Shown here: positions 15,435 through 41,141 of the stretch, piece by piece | Layout: the number at the start of each line of letters is the position of its first letter | Position numbering within the stretch: the stretch's first letter is position 1 | From: the human T2T-CHM13v2.0 reference genome, Homo sapiens | Assembly: GCF_009914755.1 (NCBI RefSeq) | Contig: NC_060936.1 | Reading direction: 5' to 3' (one strand) | Length of the DNA stretch: 64,000 bases | Program-made: the position numbers and the translations under genes | The notes under the pieces: generated by a model | What the model saw: the letters and a program-made list of their open reading frames with translations, nothing else | The model's database searches: none | What the model was told of the DNA's origin: nothing

Positions 15435-16344
15435 CCCCAGGTCTTTCTCAAGGCCTCCAGTGCTTCCTCTTGAGCCATCGCCATTGCCTGGCTGGCCTGT
15501 TGGTCCCAGGAGGATGAGAGACAGAGTAGAGCTGCCCACCTGACCCACAGACCTGCAGACAGAAGCAGAGATGCCTCACTTGAACCCCGGGCAATCTGCA
15601 GATGGCAGCAAAAATCAATGGTTTTACAACACTGAGTGTTGGGAATGGTAATGTAGCGATAACAAATCAACATATCATCGGTTTACTTATGCCTTCCAAG
15701 TACAGATGTTCAGCCTTTGACGTTGCTTCTTTTGTGCTCTAGACTTGTGTATCTGGCTACTTGGCATCTCCACTCACTGGCTAACATGCATCTCAAACCA
15801 AAAGAATCCATGATGGAACTCTTTATTTTCATGCCTAAATCTGCTCTTATACCATCATCCTTCCAGTTATCAAGCCAAAAAACTAGGAGTCAGTCTTCAT
15901 TCCCCTTTCCTTCATTTCCCACGTTTAATCCATTAGCAAGCCTTGTGGGTTTTCCTACAGAGCACTGCATATAAACACAGCCACTTTTCTCTATCTTCAT
16001 CCACATGCCACCTCGTGTTTGGAAAACTTCCGTAACCTTTTAATGGTTCTTTCTGCTTTCATTTTGGTTCTTTCTTCAATCCATTCAGCTAGCGGGACCT
16101 TTTTTAAAAAAATAAATCCCTCCCATTGCTACTCATCATTTTCTAGAATAAATCTAAACTCCTGCAAGGTTCTCATGTTCTGGCCCTTGCTGGCTTCTTC
16201 AGACCTCATTTTATGCCATGCTCTGGCCTCATGGGTCTTCTTGCTGTCTGCACTTCAAGTGCTGCCAGCTTGTTCTGACCTGGGGATATCACACTTGTTA
16301 TTCCCTTTAATAAGAGTGTTTTCTCCCATCTATTTATTTCTCCT

Positions 16345-16384
16345 ATCTATCTATCTTTCTATCTATCTATCTATCTATCTATCT
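16345..16384. repeat. (TATC)n tetranucleotide STR
   Basis: Direct reading; one TTTC interruption. Confidence 0.9.
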
Positions 16385-16509
16385 GGAAGTCTACCACCTT
16401 CTCACCATATGGTTATCAGCTTAAATATTACCTCCTCAAAGAGGTAATATTTAAGGTGTGACTGTTTTATTTTAGGTAGCTCCCACTCACACTATCTGCA
16501 AACTGAGTG

Positions 16510-16890
16510 TGTGGCCGATACTCCTGCAATGGAGACCTGGCTGCTGCAGCTGCTGGGAGGGCCAGTGGCAGACAGTCTCCAGCTGTCAGCCCCTATAGGA
16601 ATTGCTTCAGCCACAGAGAGATTTCCCCAATGCCATGCCCCATCCTAGGGTGGCCAGCATCCAGTGGGATATCTGAAGGCCTGTCTGCCTCAGGTCAACT
16701 TGGGATGACCCTGAAGGGTCATTCCACTTCTGCCTTCCTTCTGGGGTTGGCTGAGGCTATCACTAGGCATGCTTTGCAGCTCACCTTCTCTCTCTGCTCA
16801 CTTCCAGTTTCTCCTCCCGCTCTCCACTGACATTGACACTCCTTGATAAATGCTCTGCATGCTAAAGTCCATTTCAGTGTGGCTCTCTCC
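16510..16890 (+). mobile_element. LTR16-like (ERVL) LTR
   Basis: Contains gctgctgggagggccagtggcagacagtctccagctgtcagccc and taaatgctctgcatgctaaagtccatttcagtgt, typical of LTR16. Confidence 0.6.
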
Positions 16891-17309
16891 ACAGCAGTGA
16901 AGCATCATTTCCTTCTCAGTGTTTACAAATCTTTGAAATTTTGTTTATAGGTTGGTTGTTTGTTTCTCTTACTAGAATCTAAGTTATATGAATGTAGGGA
17001 CCTACCTGACTTCTTTACTCCTGTGTCCTTAGTGCCCTGACCAGCCTGGTATGTCATTATCATCACTGTAGCAAACACCTGGTATTGATGATATGCCAGA
17101 CACTGTTCTAAGTATATTCATCCACTTTATCTTCCCAACAACCTTGTGAGGTAGGTGCTAGTATCTTCTCCACGTAGAGACTGGGATGCTAAAATACAGA
17201 AAGCTTAGTTGGCTAGCCCAGGGTCACACAACTGGTAAGTGACAGGGCCAGTGTTTGAACCCAAGCAATCTGGCTCTAGATTACACGTACATAACCGCTC
17301 CATTATGCT

Positions 17310-17345
<36 letters not shown>

Positions 17346-17832
17346 AGCGGCTGTTCAATAGATGTTTCTTAAATGTTTGAATAAATAAAAAATAGCTGGG
17401 TGTAATCTGAAGACATCATCTAATTATTCATTTAATGACTATTGTTTGAGCACCTACAATATGCCAGACACTGTGATCTGCCTGGGGATGCAATGTGAAC
17501 AAAGCAAACGGGACCTCTCCCTCAAAGAGCTTGCACAGTATGAAGGAAGAGAATAGACTATATATGACAACGATTATATCATTGCACATTGTTACCTACT
17601 GGCCATTATCCAAATGCATGGTTTCCTTTTCAGGCAATCGAAGTACCACTTATCCACCCAGACCTCTTCTATAGGGTATACTATCAGCTAACAGGACCAT
17701 GGTGACAGCATTTCCTACAGTCAGTGATTAAAAAAAAAAAAAATTGAAGGGCACTTACCTTTCTCAGCCTTAGCAGGAAGAAGAGAATGGGGATGATGAA
17801 GCTTCTATTGCTGATGGTGACTAGCTGTAGGG

Positions 17833-18351
17833 CAGAGGTCCCCAACCCCCATTAGGAACCAGACCACACAGCAGGAAGTGAGTGGCAGCAAGCAAGCTAA
17901 GCTTCGTCTGTATTTACAGCCACTCCCCATCACTTGCATTAACCCCCGAGCTCCGCCTCCTGTTAGATTAGTGGTGGCATTAGATTCTTACAGGAGCGTG
18001 AACCCTACTGTGAACTGTGCATATGAGGAATCCAGGTTGCGCGTTCCTTATGAGAATCTAATGCCTGATGATCTGTTGCTGTCTTCCATCACCTCCAGAT
18101 GGGACCATCTAGTTGCAGGAAAACAAGCTCAGGGCTCCTACTGATTCTATATTATGGTGAGTTGTATAATTATTTCATTATATATTACAATGCAATAATA
18201 ATAGCAATAAAGTGCACAAGAAATGTAATACACTCGAATCATCCCAAACCAGCACCAACCCATTGCCCCCTACACATCCCTGCCTTGTGTCTATGGAAAA
18301 ATTGTCTTCCATGAAACCAGTTCCTGGTGCCAAAAAGGTTGGGAACTGCTG
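17833..18351 (+). mobile_element. MER1A (hAT-Charlie) DNA transposon
   Basis: TIRs cagaggtccccaacc / ggttgggaactgctg. Perfect 8-bp TSD CTGTAGGG at 17825-17832 and 18352-18359. Confidence 0.92.
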
Positions 18352-19229
18352 CTGTAGGGAGTCACCTACAGCTCCTAACTCAATTCATTGTCTCAGGCCT
18401 CAATTCCTGTATCATTCCAGCAAATGATCCTGAAGGAAGACAGAGATCCAGGGGGAGCCAGGGTCATTAGCTGCCTCTGCAGACCGAGGAAGCATGTGCT
18501 CAGGAGGAGGTGTTTCAGTGTGATGACTGAGAGCATGGACTCTGGGGCGCAGACTTGAGCTTGGACTTTGGATGCGTCTCTTACTAACAGTGATACAACA
18601 GCCTACTTACCTGAGCTTCCCTTCCTTATGTGTAGAATGGGAATAATAATAATAATAGCACCCGCCTCAGAGGTTACCATAAAATTGTGAAGATAACTCT
18701 TATAAAGCAGCCCTCAGTGACAACAGTATTTGGATTGCAGGGGAGTCTGGGTGTCTGTTATCACAGTTGTTATAAACCACAACAGGGAGCTCTGTCCCCC
18801 TTGCCTAGTGAGATTCAAAAGCTGGGAAGCTGATGCTAGACCTAGTTCAGATCGTCTTCTCTAGAATGTCTTCCACAGTCTCATTCGGGGCTTCCTCAAT
18901 GCTGACTTGTAACTTACTGATAGCATTTCTTCCAGGGCACCACATTATTTCTTGTTTGCGTTATTTCCCCAGTCAGGCCTCTCTTGGCTAGTGTTTGAAT
19001 TGTATTAGTCTTTTCTCCTTTTCCACCCCTTAATTTTTCATTCCCAACTGTTGGCATGAGGACACTTGCATTCTGTATGGAAGGAATTAAGTGCTAATCT
19101 GTGGTGCCATAAAGAAATGTCTTCTCTTTGTAGGGTGTAATAATGATCTCTGCTGTGTTAGCAAGGTCAGTGCTTTGGACTTCTAGGACTAGTAGCCTAA
19201 ACTTGTACGAGTTTTAGATGCTCAGGAAC

Positions 19230-19548
19230 ACTACTTCTTATTCTTTCTTCTCTCTTCTCTTCTGTTCTTCCCCCCTCCTCCCCCTCCTCCCCCTCCTCCC
19301 CCTCCTTCCCCTCCTTCTTCTCCTCCTCTTCTTCCCCCTCCTCCTTTCTTCCTCCTTTCCTCCCCCTCCTCCTCCTCTTCTTCTTCCTCCTTCTCCTCCT
19401 TCCTCTCCTTCCTTCCTCCTTCTTCTCCTTCCTTGCCCCTTCTTCTTCTCCTTCCTTCCCCCTTCTTCTCCCCCTTCCTTCCCCCTTCTTCTCCCTTCCC
19501 CTTATTTTCTGCCTTCCCCTCTTCCTCCTGCTCCTCCTCCTCCTTCTG
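19230..19548. repeat. About 310 bp polypyrimidine (CCT/CTT) low-complexity tract at the tail position of a minus-strand AluJ
   Basis: Almost pure C/T and directly abuts the Alu 3' end at 19549. Confidence 0.92.
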
Positions 19549-21482
<1,934 letters not shown>

Positions 21483-23239
21483 CTCCCTTCCTTTATAGAG
21501 GAAGAAATAGGCAAAGAAAAGTTAGGAGGTAAGCAGGAAGCGAGTCTTCTTAAATGGAATCATAGGTGAGTTTGAGATTTACAGGAGAGGCTCAAACGGG
21601 TGATTTGGAGGATGCACCTGGGCCCAGAAAAAGACACAAGAACATCTGGCTGTCTGGACTGTATAAAGGAGTGAAGACTTCTCTTTACAACAACCATAAA
21701 TAGTTTTGGATGTGAATTTCTGAAGCTTAAGGAACAAAATATTCAGCAAAATCTCTGGGTCACAGATGATTGGCTCCTTGCTCTGGAATAGCAATGCTTA
21801 ATGTTGAGAAGCTTCAAACCTTTGAAATCTGTCATTGCCCAAAGCCTGAGAATAACTCACTAAATCCCAGGTTGACCTCCCTATAGCATCAGCTTGCAGT
21901 TCATGACAAATAAGGCAGGGAGAGAATTTATAGAGTTAATTACTAGGCTTGGTTCTATTAAATGTGCAAAGCACACATGCAAGGGGCTGGAGCTTTGACA
22001 TGAGTGGAGAGACTTGAATTCTTTCGCAGCTGGAATGTGCCGGAACTTCCCAAAGGCTTGAAAGAATGCCTAGAATTTATTTTTTCTTTTATGGTCACTG
22101 TTATTTCTCACAGAGGCAAGTGAATCTTCCCAAGCTACCATGACGGGAGTCGAGGAGCTCCTGGCAGGCTTGTGGGGAACAAAGCCAGCCAGCTCTCCAT
22201 GGCTTGGGCGGGCAGGGATCCCTGACTTTCTCTCACATGGGGGGCCGACAGGAGCTGTTGTAAATCTTTAAAGCCAAAAGGAAAATTAACGAGCGCAGCA
22301 CAGAGCAGGACCTTGTCAGCTCGGTAATGGGTGGTGGGAGGAAGAATTCTGCTGCTTCCTCCTGGGCATTAAGTGTAACTCAAAAACTCCTGTTTTGTGG
22401 CCATTGTCCAATTATAACAGCTTTCTACTCTGGAGAATTTAGTCATTGACTGCTTTCAAGTCACCTGGGGGAAAACAGTATTCAATACGATCAAGAGGAT
22501 GAGGTCTCTTGTTCTGAATTTTCCCTTTAGTGATGGAAACAAAATACTTCTCTGAATCCATTTAGGGCATTGAGCACTCCCAAAAGAAGCCCTACAATGG
22601 AGAGAAAGAGCGGGGATTATTAGAGAGATCTTCTGAAGGACCTCCCCCACTAGAATGGAGAGTGTAGAATGCAGAGTAGGGATTTTGTGTCATGCGCTGC
22701 TATATCTCCAGAACCTAGAACTGGTCCTATCGCACAGGAGGCTGACAAGAAATAGGTGCTAAAGTAACGAATGAAGATCTACAATCCAACAAATGACACT
22801 GTTCGGGAGCTCAGAGCTTTAAAGCAGTGTGATGTAGTTGCAGGAGCGTAGGGTGTGGAATCAGGCAGATATAGTGTTGTTGGATTGTAGATCTTCATTT
22901 GCTCATTTAGCACCTATAGGTTTATTCATTAACTTAGCACCTATAGGTTTTGGCTCTGCTAGTTTGCTAGCTGTCTGGCCTATGGCAAGTTACTTTACTC
23001 CCCTTAATCTCGTGGTCTTCATCTGTAAAATGAAATAATAATCCCAACTTCAAAGTTGTTCTGAGGATTCCTTGAGATGATGACTGTGATGGTGTTTGAC
23101 ACTCTGAAAATGCTGATCCCAACCCTATCTCTCCTTAAATCATGTCAGTTCAGTAAGGAATTTACATAATGAACTATCTATTCAGTGGGAGAGTTAGAAA
23201 GCGGAAGCATCTGTTTATTGCCACAAAAATTTATAGATT

Positions 23240-28490
<5,251 letters not shown>

Positions 28491-29642
28491 AAAACCCTCT
28501 CTTAATGGAACATACATCTCACATTCTGGAAATATCTATTATCCCAGTGCATATTTCTTTCTTTCTCATGACTAACATTCTGCTTTTTTAGTTATTCACA
28601 TACATAAACTGACTGATAATAAATCTGGGAATTTGTCATTTAAAAAAATGCACATTTCAAACACAATCAGTAATCCTCAAACAGTAGAGACATGTTTACA
28701 TTTCTTTGGTTAAAGTGTAGGAACACAGGGACTAGGGAATCATTTTTTAAAAAGTATTTTCAGACAAATCATTTTCTGAGAGACTTAAAAAAAGAAACTG
28801 TCAGTCATTTGAGGCATACCCTTTTGCTTCTATTCCATTTTTATCATACCAATCTCTCTTGCAAAATTGATGTTATTCATAAATGTTTTCCTTCCAAACT
28901 GTGGGAAATAAGATGTGAGTTTGGCCCTTTGATAAAGTTAGGCTCAGGGACTGCTTATCATTGAAACAATGAGCACAAAAGCGATTCAGTCCTGGGACTT
29001 CTCACAAAACTCAGCGGGCCAGGCGGTGCTCACTCTTGTTCTCAGGCATTCCAGGGGAGTGGCAGAGGGACAGCCAGCACGAGACATTTTCAAGGTTGTT
29101 TTTCCCACCCTTTAGAATTGGTAAATCTCCGATCGTTTAGAAAAGGATTTGTTTTGCAAGAACCTAAAGTGTCCCCAAGAACTATGTTTACCCATAATAG
29201 GCCTTGCTCTCTGTTTAACAGAGCCAGATGGACACTGCTATTTGGCTCATGGTCATATCCCCACAGATTTGACCTCATTTAGAGGACACTATTAAAAGAT
29301 TATCCTATTATTGAGAATTTCCATTGCATCAAATAGCAAATATTAGTAACATTCCTCTACAGGGAAAATGATGTAAGAAGAGGGTAAGACTGTGTTGACC
29401 TCAGGCAAATCACATGGATAGGTATGTGGCAATTATGAAACTCAGTGCTGACTAATAAAGCCCAGCGGCACACAGAGTAAAGGTCCAGGAGCAGAGACTT
29501 TCCCAGTAGCTCTCGAAGGAAGTGTTGAGGTTCCACTGAAGCCATAGATGGAAATCTTATTTGACTCCGTTGCCTTAGTACCAAGATGGTTATTTTGAAA
29601 GAGGCTAAGGAGGAGAAAGTGCATGTAGCAGGATGGCAGGAT

Positions 29643-30706
29643 GGGATGTGGGGATGATGGGATGATGGGATGTTGGGATGATGGGATGATGGGATGATGG
29701 GATGATGGGATGTTGGGATGACGAGATGTTGGGATGACGAGATGTTGGGATGTTGGGATGATGGGATGATGGGATGTTGGGATGACGAGATGTTGGGATG
29801 TTGGGATGTTGGGATGTTGGGATGATGGGATGATGGGATGTTGGGATGATGGGATGTTGGAATGTTGGGATGATGGGATGATGGGATGTTGGGATAATGG
29901 GATGTTGGGATGATGGGATGATGGGATGTGAGGATGTTGGGATGTTGGGATGATGGGATGATGGGATGTTGGGATGATGGGATGTGGGGATGTTGGGATG
30001 ATGGGATGATGGGATGTTGGGATGATGGGACGATGGGATGTTGGGATATTGGGATGATGGGATGTTGGGATGATGGGATGTTGGGATGATGGGATGTTGG
30101 GATGATGGGATGATGGGATGTTGGGATGATGGGATGTTGGGATGATGGGATGATGGGATGTGAGGATGTTGGGATGTTGGGATGATGGGATGATGGGATG
30201 ATGGGATGTTGGGATGTTGGGATGTTGGGATGATGGGATGTGGGGATGTTGGGATGATGGGATGATGGGATGATGGGATGTTGGGATGATGGGACGATGG
30301 GATGTTGGGATATTGGGATGATGGGATGTTGGGATGATGGGATGTTGGGATGATGGGATGTTGGGATGTTGGGATGTTGGGATGATGGCATGTTGGGATG
30401 ATGGGATGATGGGATATTGGGATGATGGGATGTTGGGATGATGGGATGTTGGGATGTTGGGATGTTGGGATGACGAGATGTTGGGATGTTGGGATGTTGG
30501 GATGTTGGGATGATGGGATGATGGGATGTTGGGATGATGGGATGTTGGGATGATGGGATGATGGGATGTTGGGATAATGGGATGTTGGGATGATGGGATG
30601 ATGGGATGTGGGGATGTTGGGATGTTGGGATGATGGGATGATGGGATGTTGGGATGATGGGATGTTGGGATGTTGGGATGATGGCATGTTGGGATGATGG
30701 GATGAT
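29643..30706. repeat. 8-bp minisatellite, 133 units of GGGATGAT/GGGATGTT plus rare variants
   Basis: 1064 bp = 133 x 8. The phase is conserved at checked positions 29891, 30027, 30291, 30571 and 30691. Confidence 0.98.
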
Positions 30707-31069
30707 GGGAATGGGAATGGGGTCATGAGGGGGACAGCTCCATTTTCTTCTTTGCATTTACAAAATGGGGAACATAAGGTTTCTTTCTTTTCCTTTTCCT
30801 TTTTTTTTCCACTTTGGAAGCCAAATGATGCTCATAGGAAATTTAAAACTGCACTGGAAGGCTGCAAGTGATTTGAGAATTAAGACCTTAAGAAACGGTT
30901 TTAATAGTAACCTATCTATCTTTTTGAATGTTGCTGGAAAAGGTACTTGAAAGAGCAATGAAGGAAGCAGATTCTAGTCAAAGGGGACTGGGAAGACACT
31001 GGGACCCAACAATTTGGTAAACTAGAAAAAATTAAACTTTCAGTTCTGATTTTACTTGAACACACTTTA

Positions 31070-32440
<1,371 letters not shown>

Positions 32441-32874
32441 TTATAAGTTGCTTCTAAATGATAACCGTACTAGATAGTGGTCCACCTACCAGGATAAGAT
32501 AGGATAGGTAAGAAGCTAAGAGACATGCTGCAGGTGAAAAAGCAGATTTCATAAGACTATGTTTAGTATAATTCCAATGATATAAAACGTACATATGTAT
32601 GCACAGAAAACAGTCTATGTTATAGACACCAGAGTGCTAATGGCTCTTATCCCAGGATGGCTGGCGTATAAATATTTTTTTCCCGTTATGCTTTTTCTGT
32701 GTTTTCAACAATGAACATTTATTACTTTTAAAATTAGTTAAAATTAATGTAATATAAAAATCACAATGTATCTGATGAAAAAAGTTTGTGTCTAAAGGCT
32801 ACAGAAAATAAATCCATCTGAGTTAGCTTCCACTCCATTCCAAAACCCCGGAGTAACAGAAAGTCGGGTCTTCT

Positions 32875-32880
32875 TTTATT
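32875..32880 (-). terminator. Second (distal) poly(A) signal candidate
   Basis: AATAAA on the minus strand, 109 nt downstream of the first, followed by tttctgtt...gttttgg. Confidence 0.5.
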
Positions 32881-32964
32881 TTCTTATATTAATGAATTAG
32901 ATTTAAGTTCCCTCATTATGAGAAGATAATCTTTAGCATCACTGAAAGAGTTAAGAAATGAGAC

Positions 32965-34248
32965 AAAAATCAGATCATATTCCTTTATTACATATATGAA
33001 ATATAAAAACAAATTAACAAAGCAATATATATATATATTTGCAAGTCCACAGGACTTCAGAGAAAAAAAGGTTCTGTATGTGAAATTATTCATATGGCAC
33101 TGTGTTCATGTTTTGTATATTCAAGTACAAAAGAAACTATGTATAGTGGTTATGCGTGGGTACAGAAGATGAATAATAATGAAAAACTGTGATTTTTTGA
33201 CTATCACATACATTGTGTTAAAAAACAGGTAAATATAATGACTATTACTGTTAAGAAAGACAAGGAGGAGAACTGTTTCAATGTTCAGGTTTAAATACTA
33301 AGCACAAAAATATAACAAATTCTGTGTCTACAATAATTTTTGAAGTGTATACAAGTGCATTGCAAATGAGCTCTTTAAAATTTAAAGTCCATTTCCCCTT
33401 TAGCCAAGCATATGTCTACATTTATGATTTCTTTCTCTTATTTTAAAGTCTCTTCTGGTTTAGTTTTTTAAAAAGTTTCATCATGGCTGTCATCTTGGAA
33501 TCTAGCCTCCAGCTCAAAGCTGAGACTTCACGCATACATATTCTCCTTTCTGGTTGCATCTTCACCTAGTTTCTCCAAGTATTCAGAGTTAAATAGCACA
33601 ACTTCTTTTATATGGTCACTTTTGTCCACATGTAGTGGCAGTGCTGCTGCTTCAGTAGGCTTTCTCACACACCCTTTTCCTTCTTTCAACAGCAGTCACC
33701 AAACGTTCACAACACAAGTGGTAGGTAGTAAAGTGCTTTATACAAGGAAATACTATATACACATGGAGAGGTTCCATTTAACACCTACAGACCAAAGTTC
33801 ATGCGTAACACACAAGAGAAGGCTCTTTAACAAACACCTTTTCTGATAGTAGGGTTAGGGATTCCTTAAAACGTCATTCATTACTTTAAGTAGCATCAAA
33901 CGTAAGTAACATCGCTGAAGCTGGAAGGCGTCCTTGTTAGAGGTACTGCCCTTAATGGATTACTGCTAAATGTCATGCTGCTATTAAAATATTCTTAATA
34001 GTTAAGAATTTCAGAATCAGTCCCATAGAAAACAGATATCAGTGTAGGGGTTTTCATTTCTCTTCATGAAATAAAACTGTATTTAAACATGGGTCCAGAA
34101 GAGATAAGTTAGATAAGACCCATGCATTCAAACATTTCTATATGTTTTGGCACTTTAAAAAATTCCAGTTTCCTGTCTGAGGTCTTCTTGCTCTAAAGTT
34201 TGTGTTTTGTACATAGACAAGTGCCATTATGTGCTATCCATCTTAATG
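32965..34248 (-). other. NTN4: NTN4 3' UTR (about 1.28 kb)
   Basis: Repeat-free AU-rich sequence from the stop codon to an AATAAA. The exact cleavage site is estimated. Confidence 0.85.
32984..32989 (-). terminator. Poly(A) signal (proximal, probably major) of NTN4
   Basis: Minus strand reads TGTAATAAA (UGUA overlapping AAUAAA), followed about 15-30 nt later by GU/U-rich gatttttgtctcatttctt. Confidence 0.8.
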
Positions 34249-34385
34249 CTACTTGCACTCTCTTTTTAAAATATCCATGACTTTTCTTCCAAGAGAAGGT
34301 TTCCAGTGCTGGACAAAGCTTTTCATATTCACAATTAGTTTGCCTGTTCTTATATCCTCATGTCCTGCTACAAGGTATTCCAAAC
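34249..34385 (-). CDS. NTN4: Netrin-4 terminal exon, coding part (137 nt including TAG)
   Basis: Acceptor ttcttttttag|GT. Translates GLEYLVAGHEDIRTGKLIVNMKSFVQHWKPSLGRKVMDILKRECK then TAG at 34251-34249. Confidence 0.97.
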
Positions 34386-34432
34386 CTAAAAAAGAACAAA
34401 ATTAGGGGCTATACAGTATCATACTTTGTTGA

Positions 34433-40056
<5,624 letters not shown>

Positions 40057-40970
40057 TGAGTTTATATGGGGAAGAACATAAATAATGCACCTGTTTCATC
40101 AGTGCCGCTAAGACACAGATGACAATCACACAAGCAGGGAGATGCAGAGGATTTTTTGAATTATGATTTGTTTTATTAGAACCTGCTAAGTATTATGTTA
40201 CCATTATCTGGGTACTAATGGTAGGTATTGAAGATACTATGATCAAAAGCCTAAATCCCATCCTCAAATTTGATGAGGGAGACAGAGAAATAAGCAGCTT
40301 ATAACCCAGGATAACCATGCGCTTGGGGCAAGAACCCCTGTGCTTATTTATTTGTCTTCACTTCTGCTATAACATTTAAAGGTGCAAATCAAATTTCTCT
40401 CCATTTCAAGTTGCTCTAAAATCCTACAGTTTTTGTTTTGTTTATTTCTGCTGTTTCTAATTTGAAACCAGAAATATCATTTCATGAAAAACAAGATGAT
40501 GAGAACTTGAGAGCTGTTTTCTCTCCAAGAGAAACAGATGCTTTTCAAGCAATAGTCGAAATGAATTCAATATTATTTCCACAGATGGAATTTTGCATTT
40601 GAACTTCCTTTGGGAACAGGTTCTACTGTAATAGGACCTAGCTTTCAGATAAAGAGTAAGTGGCAGATAAATTCATGAAAGTGCTTTCTATGCAACTGGC
40701 ACCTGGAACCAATCTGAGCCTCCTCTTTTAGGATAGAGAGTATTATATTTCTGGATTTTAAAATATTAAACTTTTATAGAGCACATGGAAGAGAAATAAT
40801 TTTTCGATGTTAGTTCAAAGAATTCCATTTGGATTTTCCGCAGGAGTCAGATGGTGAAAGGGAGAGATGTTCTTGCTGAGTTTGTTTATGTTGTGCTTCA
40901 GAGGATGTAAGACAAGCAGCAAATCAGCAGAGACAAGGTAGGTACTAAGATAGGAAAGTCTAATACTCAC

Positions 40971-41141
40971 CAGGATTGAGGATTGGACAAGTGCATCCTC
41001 TGTCCGTCCATGATTCTGGATATAATGTTCGCTTTCCTCGGAAAATCTTCAGTTTGGTAGATTTTAAGACCTTTTTAATCTTCACATTGACCTCAACATG
41101 AGTACCTTTATCATGAGCTGATAAAATCTTTATTTTTAGCA
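40971..41141 (-). CDS. NTN4: Netrin-4 coding exon (probably exon 9), 171 nt, NTR domain
   Basis: Acceptor tgttaacag|TG and donor CCTG|gtgagt. Translates VLKIKILSAHDKGTHVEVNVKIKKVLKSTKLKIFRGKRTLYPESWTDRGCTCPILNP. Confidence 0.97.

Noticed and set aside
15595-15610. CTCF-like motif TCTGCAGATGGCAGCA (also TCACTAGAGGGGCC near 13142)
   Set aside because: Both have mismatches at core positions and cannot be supported without ChIP data.
29643-30706. CRISPR-like array or encoded message
   Set aside because: The context is eukaryotic and there are no unique spacers. The pattern is explained by minisatellite variant repeats.
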